NCBI GenBank assembly: GCA_021836035.1
Contig: JAKBJL010000001.1
Coordinates: 223,765 to 287,764, forward strand
Length of the DNA: 64,000 nt
Direction: 5' to 3'
Source of the DNA: a bacterium
Lineage (GTDB): Bacteria > Patescibacteriota > Microgenomatia > JAMCZE01
The notes beneath the pieces were generated by a model, which was not told the DNA's origin, ran no database searches, and was given only the letters and a program-made list of their open reading frames with translations. The first letter of the stretch is position 1, and each line of letters starts with the position of its first letter. Below, piece after piece: positions 37,238 through 47,227 of this stretch. The translations under genes were made by a program, and so were the position numbers.

Positions 37238-38744
37238 ATTTCTCGATCGGTTTTTAAATCGCACCACCACGTACCGGCTGATGCTTTACTACCTGATTTT
37301 TTTGGTCGGGACGGCGCTGCTTCTCTCGGCACTGGGAATTTTGCCGTTCAGCGCGGCAAGCCTGCTTTTTTCTGCGCTTTTCCTGGTCACAGTCGGCTGG
37401 ATTACCAACCTGGTTTTTGCCTGGGTGTTTGGGGCGGTCACCAATGTGGAATCGGTTTATATTACCGCTTTGATCCTGGCGCTAATTATTTCGCCGGTGA
37501 ACAGTATCTCCGGACTGGCTTTTTTGTTTTGGGCGGCGGTTTTAGCCATGGCGGGAAAATTTATTTTAGCCAGGCAGAAAAAACATCTGTTTAACCCCGC
37601 GGCGCTGGCGGTTTTTCTTACCGCGGTAATTTTGGGAGAATCTGCGACCTGGTGGGTAGGAAGTACTCCGATGCTTATTCCGGTGCTGGCCGGAGGAATA
37701 TTCATCGTACGGAAAGTTCAGCGGGAGCAATTGGTATTGACCTTTATCGTTACCGTCCTGCTGGTGAGTCTGGCTTTTAACTTTTCCTCCGGTCCGGAAC
37801 TGTTGCGACTTTTAACGGCCATATTTTTGGATACACCGATCTTGTTTTTTGCTTTTGTCATGCTGACCGAACCCCTGACCATGCCGCCGGTTGCTAATCT
37901 GCGATTGCTTTATGCCGCCCTGGTGGGTTTTCTTTTTGTTCCCCAGGTACATTTCGGCGGTTTTTATACAACCCCCGAAGCGGCGCTTTTAATCGGCAAT
38001 CTATTTTCCTATCTTGTCGGTTCTCAGAAACGCTTGGTTTTATCTCTGGAACAAAAAATACCGACGGGGACGGACACCTGGGACTTTCTTTTTTCCAAAA
38101 ACGAAGATTTTGGCTATCAGCCGGGGCAATATTTGGAATGGACGCTGCCGGGGGAACAGGCGGATAGCCGGGGGAACCGGCGCTACTTTACTTTGGCTTC
38201 TTCGCCGACCGAAAGCCATTTCCGCCTGGGAGTAAAAACTTATCAGCCGGCCAGCACTTTTAAACAAAAAATGCTCGCGATGCGGACAGGCGATACGATC
38301 ACCGCTTCGCAATTGGCGGGAGATTTTACCCTGCCCGGGGATCAAAAGGAGAAACTGGTGTTTATTGCCGGAGGAATAGGGATTACCCCCTTTAGGAGCA
38401 TGATTAAATATTTGTTGGACAGCGGGCAAAAAAGGCCCATCGTGTTGCTGTATGCCAATAAGACCGCCGACGAGATTTTGTACCGGGAGGTTTTTAGCGA
38501 AGCGGAAAGTACGGGAATAAAAACGGTTTATACCCTCACGGATACCAACGGGTTGCCGGACAACTGGAACGGTAGGACCGGGAGAATTAATGAGCAAATG
38601 ATCAAAGAGGAAGTTCCGGATTACCGGGAGCGCCTCTTTTATCTTTCCGGCCCCCGTTTTATGGTCACCGGTTTTGAGGAAGTCTTAAAGCGAATGGGAG
38701 TATCACGGGGCAAAATCAAAGTCGATTATTTCCCCGGGTTTTAG
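37230..38744 (+). CDS. polytopic membrane protein fused to a ferredoxin-NADP-reductase-like FAD/NAD(P)-binding domain
   Basis: About 7 N-terminal TM helices. FAD motif RRYFTLASSP and NAD(P) motif GGIGITPFRSM. Confidence 0.6.
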   Translation: MREFLDRFLNRTTTYRLMLYYLIFLVGTALLLSALGILPFSAASLLFSALFLVTVGWITNLVFAWVFGAVTNVESVYITALILALIISPVNSISGLAFLFWAAVLAMAGKFILARQKKHLFNPAALAVFLTAVILGESATWWVGSTPMLIPVLAGGIFIVRKVQREQLVLTFIVTVLLVSLAFNFSSGPELLRLLTAIFLDTPILFFAFVMLTEPLTMPPVANLRLLYAALVGFLFVPQVHFGGFYTTPEAALLIGNLFSYLVGSQKRLVLSLEQKIPTGTDTWDFLFSKNEDFGYQPGQYLEWTLPGEQADSRGNRRYFTLASSPTESHFRLGVKTYQPASTFKQKMLAMRTGDTITASQLAGDFTLPGDQKEKLVFIAGGIGITPFRSMIKYLLDSGQKRPIVLLYANKTADEILYREVFSEAESTGIKTVYTLTDTNGLPDNWNGRTGRINEQMIKEEVPDYRERLFYLSGPRFMVTGFEEVLKRMGVSRGKIKVDYFPGF

Positions 38745-38823
38745 ATAAACTCCATCGTTTATAGAAGAATTTACCCCCGAGCTAAGCTCGGGGGTAGTTT
38801 TTCAGGCTGCGGAAGTGATTTTT

Positions 38824-39282
38824 TTACTGCGTCGGGGCAGGGGTCAACGTGGGTTGTCCGGAAGTTCCCGGGCGACCTAAAAACCCCTGCGGATTTAATT
38901 GTATATCCTGCGCGGTTATCGTTCCGTCGGAATTAACAGTGCCGAAGACAGCGATTTGCTTGCCGTTTTGTAAATCGCTTTTAGCGGCGCTGGTTGACTG
39001 GGTAATAACGGTATTTCCGGAGAGAATCACAATACGGCTGCTGCCGTCGGGCATTTTAATTGTCAGGTTATTGTTGCTGAGGCTAAGAATCTCTCCCCGG
39101 ACTGCGCGGTTATTGTTGTTGCCGTTCGGGCCGAAGCGCCGTCCATCGTTGTTGCCGTTCGGGCCGTTCAACCGTTGAACAAGGGCGCCGCGCTGCGACT
39201 GTTGGTACTGCATCCCGCCGTAAAAAGCGGCAGCGCCGACGGTAACGGCAATAATGATGGTGAGAACCCAAGGATTTTTCAT
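38824..39282 (-). CDS. secreted hypothetical protein
   Basis: N-terminal TM, an Asn/Gly-rich linker and a beta-rich C-terminal domain. Confidence 0.4.
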   Translation of the reverse strand: MKNPWVLTIIIAVTVGAAAFYGGMQYQQSQRGALVQRLNGPNGNNDGRRFGPNGNNNNRAVRGEILSLSNNNLTIKMPDGSSRIVILSGNTVITQSTSAAKSDLQNGKQIAVFGTVNSDGTITAQDIQLNPQGFLGRPGTSGQPTLTPAPTQ

Positions 39283-40211
39283 TAGTTTTTCACCTCCCTT
39301 CTTCGGGAGGGGCTTTTCCTTTCCCCGGCTAAAAAGGCGGGTAAAGGCAGCCTGGCCCAGATTTGTTGCCTTTTAATTACCAAATAAAAAGCGATGAAGG
39401 CGTAAAGAACACCGGCAGCGATATCAAAGAAATAATGTTCGCCGAGGTAAATGATGGAGAACCAGACCCCGGCAACGTAAGGGAGAAGAAGCAAGCCCCA
39501 GGCGCGAAAGCGGTTGGTAAGGAAAAGCAGCGTCAAAAACGGATAAGCGGCATGGAGCGAAGGCACGGCGGCAACCAGATTGGCCCCGAAAAAACTGTAA
39601 ATCGTCGGCAGACTCATGGCCTGGGGAAAATTAACGGAAACCTTGCTGGCGATATTTAAAATGGGTGGGATGAAGCCTTGTTGCGCTGCCATCCAAGGCG
39701 GGACGGTCGGGAAAAGCAAGTAAGTAACGAAAGCCATATAAGACAATATGAGAATTCCCAAGTAATATTCTTTAAATATTTCCTTGCGGGAAAGCCAAAG
39801 AATAAAACCGACAAGAAGGAAAAAAACGAAATGGGTTTCGTAAAGCAGAGTAGCTAAGTAGTCGTACCATTGGAAATGGTTGCCGGCAAAAAGCAGCTTT
39901 TGTAAAGTGACGGTGGGAACAGTGCCGCCGAAGAACAGTTCGTCAAATTTAATCATAGGTAGGGCGTGGGCTTGGGTCGTTAGTTTCGGGACAAAATCGC
40001 GGAGCGACTCATAACCCAGAAAGAGGGCGATGGGAGAAATCCAATCCTGAAGAAACTGTCGGAAGCGGCCCAGGATCAGGGCGGCAACCAGGGCAGCGGC
40101 AAAAAATTGGTCCGGGGAAAACCACATCCGGTGCCAGAGAAGGTAGGCGCTCAGAATTGCCAGATAAAGAACGGAAAGAACGCAGACAACTTTATAACTT
40201 AAATTACTCAT
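39282..40211 (-). CDS. PAP2-like polytopic membrane protein
   Basis: PSLHAAYP and GEHYFFD motifs. Confidence 0.4.
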   Translation of the reverse strand: MSNLSYKVVCVLSVLYLAILSAYLLWHRMWFSPDQFFAAALVAALILGRFRQFLQDWISPIALFLGYESLRDFVPKLTTQAHALPMIKFDELFFGGTVPTVTLQKLLFAGNHFQWYDYLATLLYETHFVFFLLVGFILWLSRKEIFKEYYLGILILSYMAFVTYLLFPTVPPWMAAQQGFIPPILNIASKVSVNFPQAMSLPTIYSFFGANLVAAVPSLHAAYPFLTLLFLTNRFRAWGLLLLPYVAGVWFSIIYLGEHYFFDIAAGVLYAFIAFYLVIKRQQIWARLPLPAFLAGERKSPSRRREVKN

Positions 40212-41442
40212 ATCTCAAAGCTTCAATTGGACTTAAGTTGGCGGCTTTGCGGGCAGGATACCAGCCGAAAACAATACCGATAGCAGCGGAAACGCCGAAG
40301 GCAGTAATGATCGACGATAGGGAAATAGTAAACGGCAAACTGATGACCTTGGCGATAATATAGGATAGGGTGGTGCCCAAAATCATTCCCAGTACTCCGC
40401 CGCCGAAAGTTAAGATGATGGACTCAATTAGAAATTGCGCCACGATAAGGTTTGCTTGTGCCCCCAGGGCTTTGCGCAAACCTATTTCGCGGGTCCGCTC
40501 AATTACCGTCACCAACATGATATTCATAATCCCGATGCCGCCGACCAAAAGGGAAATAGCGGCAATGCCCGACAAGAGGGAGGTAAAGGTACCGGTTACC
40601 TGGGAAGCGGCGCCTAAAATATCCGCTTGGGAAAAAATGGAGAAGTCTGCCTGGGTCGGATCGCTGAGATGGTGGCGGGCTAAGAGAAAATAACCGATTT
40701 GATTTTGTGCCGTCGTCATGTCGTTCGCGTCCTTTGCCTGGACGGCAATGGAAGATATATAGTCGACGCCGAATAAAAGTTTTTGGGCCGAGGTTAAGGG
40801 AACCATAATCAGGTCATCCTGATTGCCAAAGCCGGTTCCTCCCTTGGATACTGTTTCCCCGATAATACGGAAAGCGATTTTATTGATGCGGACGGTTTGC
40901 CCTACCGGATCGGTACCATCACCGAACAGGTCGCTCGCGGTCGTCGGCCCGATGACCGCCACTTTGCTCATCGAATCCACATTATCGGTACTAATAAAAT
41001 TGCCTTCCTGCAGGGAAATATTATGGACCGTTTCGTAGGCCGGTGTTACTCCGATAATTTGGGTATTGGTATTATTGGCTCCGGTAGTGACTTGCGCCCG
41101 CCGCTGCAATTCCGGGGAGACCGCGGCAACGGTAGTAATCTGCGGCGAACTGGCGATGGCTTTAGCATCTTCATAAGTTAGGCTGGTTGCCCCGCCGAAT
41201 CCGGTATTAACTCCGCCGGACCGTTGCGAACCGGGGATGACAGTTAAGAGGTTGGAACCCAAGGATTGAATAGACGATTGCACGGACATCTGGCCGGATT
41301 GCCCAAGAGAAATCAGGGCAATAACGGCGCCGATACCGATAACAATTCCCAGCGCCGCCAGGAAGGTGCGCATTTTGTTAAGGCTTAAAGCCTCCAGCGC
41401 CGATAAAAAAAGCTCACCTATGTCCATAGAATTTATGCCCAT
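40204..41442 (-). CDS. ABC transporter permease, FtsX/MacB family
   Basis: N-terminal TM, a large periplasmic domain and a C-terminal FtsX-like 3-TM bundle. Confidence 0.8.
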   Translation of the reverse strand: MGINSMDIGELFLSALEALSLNKMRTFLAALGIVIGIGAVIALISLGQSGQMSVQSSIQSLGSNLLTVIPGSQRSGGVNTGFGGATSLTYEDAKAIASSPQITTVAAVSPELQRRAQVTTGANNTNTQIIGVTPAYETVHNISLQEGNFISTDNVDSMSKVAVIGPTTASDLFGDGTDPVGQTVRINKIAFRIIGETVSKGGTGFGNQDDLIMVPLTSAQKLLFGVDYISSIAVQAKDANDMTTAQNQIGYFLLARHHLSDPTQADFSIFSQADILGAASQVTGTFTSLLSGIAAISLLVGGIGIMNIMLVTVIERTREIGLRKALGAQANLIVAQFLIESIILTFGGGVLGMILGTTLSYIIAKVISLPFTISLSSIITAFGVSAAIGIVFGWYPARKAANLSPIEALRYE

Positions 41443-42121
41443 TTAATTGGTCGCTTGCCAATTTGCCGTCTTTCAACTGGATGACTCTTTTAGTATAAGC
41501 GGCAATATCCGGTTCATGGGTAATCATGATAATAGTATGACCCTTTTTATTTAAATCGGTAAATATTTTCATAATTTCTCCGGCCTGAACACTGGAAATA
41601 TTTCCGGTAGGTTCGTCGGCTAAAATAATTGCCGGGTCCATGGCTAGAGCCCGGGCAATAGCGACCCGCTGCATTTGACCGCCGGAGAGCTGACTGGACG
41701 TATGATCCATGCGGTCAGCCAGTCCTACGATAGTTAGCATTTCCTTAGCCCGGCGTTCCCTTTCTGCCTTGGGAATGCCGGCGTAAATCATAGGCAGCAT
41801 GACGTTTTTCAAGGCGGTAGTCCTTGGTAAGAGGTTAAAAGCCTGGAAAACAAAACCGATTTTTTTGTTGCGCAATTCTGCCAATTTATTTTCCGGCAGC
41901 TTATTGACCTCCGTGTCTTCAATATAGTAGGTTCCGGAGGTAGGCTTATCCAGGGCGCCGATGATATGCATAAGGGTGGATTTACCCGAACCGCTTGGCC
42001 CCATAATGGCCACGAATTCACCTTTATTTACGGAGAAGGAAACATCCTCCAGGGCGACGGTATTTACCGAATCGTTGGCATAAATTTTTCCGAGATGGGA
42101 AGCTTGGATAATGGTTGCCAT
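41414..42121 (-). CDS. ABC transporter ATP-binding protein (MacB/LolD-like)
   Basis: Walker A GPSGSGKSTL, signature LSGGQMQRVAIARAL, Walker B ILADEPTG. Confidence 0.85.
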   Translation of the reverse strand: MATIIQASHLGKIYANDSVNTVALEDVSFSVNKGEFVAIMGPSGSGKSTLMHIIGALDKPTSGTYYIEDTEVNKLPENKLAELRNKKIGFVFQAFNLLPRTTALKNVMLPMIYAGIPKAERERRAKEMLTIVGLADRMDHTSSQLSGGQMQRVAIARALAMDPAIILADEPTGNISSVQAGEIMKIFTDLNKKGHTIIMITHEPDIAAYTKRVIQLKDGKLASDQLNGHKFYGHR

Positions 42122-42130
42122 ATTTTTTCA

Positions 42131-43423
42131 TTAACCGCCACCGCCCCTCCGGAACACCGCTCCGCCGCCTCCGCCGAAACGGAAAGCGCCGAAGGGGGAA
42201 GAGGCAGATTGGCTGGCGGGAGTGGTTAGCCCGCCGATAATTACGGTATCACCCTCAGAAAGCCCGGAAGTAATTTCGGTTTGGGTATCAGAAGCCAGCC
42301 CCGTTTCCACCGCGACTGTCTGTACCTGGCCGTTTTTTAGAATCCGGACTGTCGATTGCCCGTTACGTGTCTGGATGGCAGCCGTCGGTACCAGGAGAAC
42401 ATTATCTTTAGTCTGCACGATAATGTTGGCGTTAACAGACATGTTGGGCAAAACATTATCGGGAGAGGTATCGAATTGAATGACCGCCGGATAGTTAGTC
42501 ACATTGGAAGTAACGAGGCCGCTGCGGTTGATGCCGGTGACCGTTCCGGTGTAAGTCATTCCCGGAAGAGCATCTAGGGTTAAAGTCGCTTTTTGTCCTT
42601 CTTTTACTTTGGTAACGTCCACTTCCGAAAGATTAAAGGTGGCGGTCGGGGCGTTGTTGGTAACGATGTCTCCAACGGTAGTTGCCGAAGGGACATTGCT
42701 GCTGTTGGTTTGGCTGGTAATTGCCATGCCCGGGGTTAAGACTAAATCAGCAACCACTCCGGAGCCCGGGGCGGTAACTATCGGCGAGGAACCTTGGTAA
42801 TTTAGCCAGGCATTAGAAAGAGCGGCTTGGGCTTGGCCGATAACATTGGCTTGGTTTTTATAAGAAGCTTCTGCGGCCAGCCAGGTAGCATTTTCCTCAA
42901 TATAAATCGGGTCGCTGGTAGAAAGATCCCGTTCTACCGCGTCGTTCATAAACTTCTGATTAGCGACGAATTCCTGGTTTTGTAAGGTCCAAAGCTGTGT
43001 CTGGGCAGAAGCTAAATTGTTTTGGGCGGCAAGGACGGCGGACCAGGCCGAAGCGGTCCGTTGCTGGCCGGTTTGGTCCAGTGAGAGTTCTAGAATATTT
43101 TGCCCGGCGGAAACCGTATCGCCGTTTTTCACAAAAATTTGTTTAATCTGGCCGCTGCCCTGGGTGGTAATCGGCAAGCGGTTGGCTGTAGCCATTTGGC
43201 CAGATTCGGAAACGGAGGAGACGATCGTTCCGCGGGTAACGGTCGCGGTCTGGTATTGGGTAGCGGCGGTTCGGGCACTCCCCAATTTAGTATAAAGTAC
43301 CCAACCGACGAAAAGAATAACGGCAAGAGCAGCAAGTTTTACCTTCAGATCTTTTTTCCAGAACCAGTAAAAGATATTTTGCACTCTGTTCATAGAGTTT
43401 TTACTATTAATATAGGAAAACAA
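42131..43423 (-). CDS. periplasmic adaptor/membrane fusion protein (HlyD/MacA family)
   Basis: N-terminal TM and a Gln/Ala-rich coiled-coil hairpin. Beta-barrel C-terminal region with a Gly-rich tail. Confidence 0.7.
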   Translation of the reverse strand: MFSYINSKNSMNRVQNIFYWFWKKDLKVKLAALAVILFVGWVLYTKLGSARTAATQYQTATVTRGTIVSSVSESGQMATANRLPITTQGSGQIKQIFVKNGDTVSAGQNILELSLDQTGQQRTASAWSAVLAAQNNLASAQTQLWTLQNQEFVANQKFMNDAVERDLSTSDPIYIEENATWLAAEASYKNQANVIGQAQAALSNAWLNYQGSSPIVTAPGSGVVADLVLTPGMAITSQTNSSNVPSATTVGDIVTNNAPTATFNLSEVDVTKVKEGQKATLTLDALPGMTYTGTVTGINRSGLVTSNVTNYPAVIQFDTSPDNVLPNMSVNANIIVQTKDNVLLVPTAAIQTRNGQSTVRILKNGQVQTVAVETGLASDTQTEITSGLSEGDTVIIGGLTTPASQSASSPFGAFRFGGGGGAVFRRGGGG

Positions 43424-43462
43424 TAATGACTTAAACTGAAATTCTGCTGAAAAGGGGCAGTA

Positions 43463-44500
43463 TTAAGATCCGGCGCGTATTAACGGCAGGGAAACAGAGA
43501 TTGTTGTTCCTTCTCCCGGTTGGCTTTGCACGCTGATAGTACCGTGATGACTTTCTGTAATTTTCTTGGCGATCGCTAAACCCAAACCGTACCCCCCGGC
43601 CCCGGATTTTTGCCGGGCAGAATCCGCCCGGTAGAAACGATCGAAAATATAAGGCAGGTCTTCTTTATTGATACCGATACCCTGATCTTTAACGGTAATA
43701 ACAAGCAGATGATCGATTTCCCGGGCAGAAATCCGGACCACACTTTTCTCCGGACTGTATTTTACCGCATTGTCCAGCAATATTACCAGCAAATTTATCA
43801 GCGCGTCTTTATTACCCGAGATTTTCCGATCGGCCAGTTCTTTGCGGAGCGTCACTCGTTTTTCCGAAGCTATGGGGGCAATTTTTTTTACCGCTTCATT
43901 CGCAATTGCTGATAAAGAAAGAATTTCAAATTGCATTTTATTAACCGTTTTTTGGTATCGGGTGAGTTGCAACAGGCTTTCGGTTAGAGATTGCAGCTTA
44001 TTGACTTCACCGAGGTTTTGGGAAAGCAGGGTTTTAACTTCGGCTATTCTTAAATTTTTATCCCGCAGGTTAACTTCTATCGCCGCTTTTAGTGAGGTAA
44101 GAGGGGTTTTTAATTCGTGGGAAGCATCGCTGATAAAACGGTTTTGTTCCTCCATCATTTCCTGAATAGGTTTTAGAGTTCTGCCCGCCAGAAAATAACC
44201 CATGCCTGCGGAGAATAAGAGAATACCACCGTTGATAGCAAGCAGCGTCAGAAGGAGCCGCCCTTCTGTTTCGTTAACTAATTCCGGATCCGGAGGCGGC
44301 AGCAAATTTTGCCGCGGGGGTAAGGGTGAGCCCCGCTGATTTTCCAGATAGCGGCGTTCAATCCGGAAACGCTGTGCGCGGGCAAATCTCTCCAGTTCCG
44401 TTGCTTCCACCCGGTAAATTGTCAGACTAAAGACGGTGCTGACCAGCATGATCATCAGAAGGTACCAGGCAGTAAGTTTTAACCGCGCGGAATTAAACAT
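43463..44500 (-). CDS. sensor histidine kinase
   Basis: H-box SHELKTPLTSL, N-box LLDNAVKYS, G2 box GGYGLGLAIAKK. Confidence 0.85.
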   Translation of the reverse strand: MFNSARLKLTAWYLLMIMLVSTVFSLTIYRVEATELERFARAQRFRIERRYLENQRGSPLPPRQNLLPPPDPELVNETEGRLLLTLLAINGGILLFSAGMGYFLAGRTLKPIQEMMEEQNRFISDASHELKTPLTSLKAAIEVNLRDKNLRIAEVKTLLSQNLGEVNKLQSLTESLLQLTRYQKTVNKMQFEILSLSAIANEAVKKIAPIASEKRVTLRKELADRKISGNKDALINLLVILLDNAVKYSPEKSVVRISAREIDHLLVITVKDQGIGINKEDLPYIFDRFYRADSARQKSGAGGYGLGLAIAKKITESHHGTISVQSQPGEGTTISVSLPLIRAGS

Positions 44501-45176
44501 AATTTTCTCCCAGCCGATAACCGAAACCCCTGACGGTATGGATTAGAGGTTTCTGGCCTTTAAAGGGCAAATCAATTTTCCGGCGCAGATTGCGGATATA
44601 GACTTCGACAGTATTAGGCAGAATATCTGCGTCATAATTCCAGACATGGTTAATAATCTGATCTTTGGAAAGGATTTTACCGGCATGACGCAGGAGAAAC
44701 TCCAGAAGCGAGAATTCCCGGGCGGAAAGGGAAATATTCCGGCCATTTCTTTCTACCCGGAAAGAACCGGTATCCAGTTTTAAGTCTTCAGCTGCCAGAA
44801 CTGTTCCCAGCATATTTTGGGGACGGCGGGAAAGCGCCCGGACCCGGGCTAACAATTCTTCAAAAGAAAAAGGCTTAGTAAGATAATCGTCTGCTCCGGC
44901 ATCCAGTCCGGAAACTTTATCTTCAATTTGTCCTTTAGCGGTTAAAATTAAGACTGGGGTATGAATTTGTTTTTGGCGTAATTCCCGACAGATCGTCAGC
45001 CCATCCATACCCGGCAGCATTAAATCTAAAATGAGCAGATCATATTCTTCGCCGCAGGCTAAATCAAAACCGTCATCGCCGGAGAAGGCAATATCGACCG
45101 CGTAATGTTCCTGCTCCAGCCCCTTTTTAATGGAGTTAGCGATCAGATGCTCGTCTTCTACCACCAGGATACGCAT
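44493..45176 (-). CDS. OmpR-family response regulator
   Basis: Receiver ILVVEDE...DLMLPGMDG and a winged-helix C-terminal domain. Confidence 0.85.
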   Translation of the reverse strand: MRILVVEDEHLIANSIKKGLEQEHYAVDIAFSGDDGFDLACGEEYDLLILDLMLPGMDGLTICRELRQKQIHTPVLILTAKGQIEDKVSGLDAGADDYLTKPFSFEELLARVRALSRRPQNMLGTVLAAEDLKLDTGSFRVERNGRNISLSAREFSLLEFLLRHAGKILSKDQIINHVWNYDADILPNTVEVYIRNLRRKIDLPFKGQKPLIHTVRGFGYRLGENYV

Positions 45177-45561
45177 ACAGTCATATTATACTCACCTTAC
45201 TGAAAGTAAACTGAAATTTAGGCGATACCGCTTGCGTTTGGCTTAGGATAAGCGAAAACGTTACCGTTATTAACTTGTGGTTTGCCTAAATTGCTTTGGC
45301 CGGGGTTTTCGTCCCGTTTTCCGGATACCGGCTAAGCCTTTTAGTTACCGAAGTAAACAAAATATCTTGCCGGCGCCGCAAATTCCCGAGCGCTTGGTGA
45401 TTACCACCGTCGGTTTGGATAAGAACCGGCGGATTACTGTACCGGAAAATATTTGTTCTTACAAGATTCATGCATAAACCCGGTCTGTCTCTCTTGCCGA
45501 AAGCCTAGAAATAAAACGAAAGAAAGAAGTTGCAAAATCGAGAGGAGGTGAGTTAGATTAT

Positions 45562-45813
45562 ATGGAAATTCTGCTCTGGATTATTTTAGGAGGACTTTCG
45601 GGATGGCTGGCCTCAATTATAATGAAAGCCCCCAACGGCGTTCTTATGGATGTAGTCTTGGGAATTATCGGCGGGGTGATTGGGGGATTTTTAATGAGTA
45701 TTTTCGGCCAGCCCGGGATTACGGGATTTAACATTTATAGTGTTATTGTCTCAGTGGTCGGGGCAGTGGTCCTGATTTGGCTGGGCCGGGTGATTTTACG
45801 CACTAACCTATAA
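45562..45813 (+). CDS. GlsB/YeaQ/YmgE-family small membrane protein
   Basis: GWLASIIMKAPNGVLMDVVLGIIGGVIGGFL. Confidence 0.6.
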   Translation: MEILLWIILGGLSGWLASIIMKAPNGVLMDVVLGIIGGVIGGFLMSIFGQPGITGFNIYSVIVSVVGAVVLIWLGRVILRTNL

Positions 45814-45898
45814 ATTTCGGGTTTACGAAAAATAGCTAATGGGCGGGCCGCAAAGAGGATGGTCCGCCTTTTAGTTGCAACTTGTAGTAAAATATGCC

Positions 45899-46567
45899 AT
45901 GACAAAATCAATATTGGTTGTGGAAGATGATTTAGGAGTTCAGAAATATTTAAAAGAGCTCCTCTTGGACAATGGCTTCTTTATCCGTACGGCTAATGAC
46001 GGCATAGCCGCTTTAGATGTCTTTAACAGCTCTATTCCCGATTTAGTGCTACTGGACTTAGGATTGCCCAACATGAGCGGCGAAGTGGTTTGCCGGGAAA
46101 TCCGCCGCAAAAATCCCGAGACGCCGATAATTATCCTCACCGCCCGGGATACTACCAGCGATATCGTCGGCGGTTTAAACTTAGGGGCCGATGATTATAT
46201 TACCAAACCGTTTGATGCGGAAGAACTGCTGGCGCGTATTCGGGCCAGGTTGCGCCCGATCGGCGAAGAAACGATTCTCCAGGTCAGCGATTTGGAATTG
46301 AATCCTAAAACCATGGAGGTAAAACGCAACGGCCAGATAATTATGCTCACTCCCCAGGAATATAAATTATTACATTATCTGATGACCAACCGGGGAAGAG
46401 TTTTAACCCGGGAAATGATTCTTAGCCGCGTGTGGTTATACTCCCCGGAGGTGGAAAGCCGGGTAGTGGATATTTATGTCGGTTACCTGCGTAAAAAGGT
46501 TGATGCTAATCACGAGCATAAGCTTTTAAAGTCAGTCCGCGGTTTTGGTTATATGATTTCCGATTAG
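45899..46567 (+). CDS. OmpR-family response regulator (orphan)
   Basis: Receiver ILVVEDD...LDLGLPNMSG and a winged-helix domain. ATG at 45899; the track shows a TTG start at 45875. Confidence 0.85.
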   Translation: MTKSILVVEDDLGVQKYLKELLLDNGFFIRTANDGIAALDVFNSSIPDLVLLDLGLPNMSGEVVCREIRRKNPETPIIILTARDTTSDIVGGLNLGADDYITKPFDAEELLARIRARLRPIGEETILQVSDLELNPKTMEVKRNGQIIMLTPQEYKLLHYLMTNRGRVLTREMILSRVWLYSPEVESRVVDIYVGYLRKKVDANHEHKLLKSVRGFGYMISD

Positions 46568-47187
46568 GAAAGCCTGGCTTGCCACTCCAGGGAAAAATCG
46601 CCGATGGTTGTCGCCGGTCCGTGGCCCGGAAAAACTACCGTATCGCCCGGCAGGACAAGTAATTTATTCTGAATGCTGGCAGTAAGCTTTTTTTCGGACC
46701 CGTCGGGAAGATCCGTCCGCCCGGTATCACCGTGAGCGAAAATTGTATCCCCGCTGAATAGCGCTTCGTCCCCGTAAAAACTGACGCTGCCTAAGGTGTG
46801 CCCCGGCGTTTCCAGGACCCGCAGGGTAGTTTCCCCCAGGATAATTTTTTGATTTTGTCCGAGAAACCCGTCGGGTTCGGGAACAGGATCTACCTCCCGT
46901 TCTAAAAAATGAGCCGCAGTACCGCTGTGTCGTTTTAAGAGGGGAAGATCCGCCCGGTGGATCAGGAAAGGACAATTAAAAGTGAGTTTCACTTCCAAAA
47001 GACCCAATAGGTGGTCAAAATGGCCGTGGGTAGCAAGGATATATTTACAGGTTAATTTTCTTTCCAGAACTTTTTGGATTAAAAAGCCCCCCTCATCCGC
47101 CGGATCGATAATTAATGCCTCGCCGCTGTCGGCAAGCAGATAAGCATTAGTCTGCATCTCCCCCAAGGGATACGTTTCTATTTCCAT
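46564..47187 (-). CDS. MBL-fold metallo-hydrolase (glyoxalase II-like)
   Basis: ILATHGHFDHLLG. Confidence 0.8.
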   Translation of the reverse strand: MEIETYPLGEMQTNAYLLADSGEALIIDPADEGGFLIQKVLERKLTCKYILATHGHFDHLLGLLEVKLTFNCPFLIHRADLPLLKRHSGTAAHFLEREVDPVPEPDGFLGQNQKIILGETTLRVLETPGHTLGSVSFYGDEALFSGDTIFAHGDTGRTDLPDGSEKKLTASIQNKLLVLPGDTVVFPGHGPATTIGDFSLEWQARLS

Positions 47188-47227
47188 TCTCCGCTTATTT
47201 TACCTTACTCTGTGAGAAAATAGGGTA

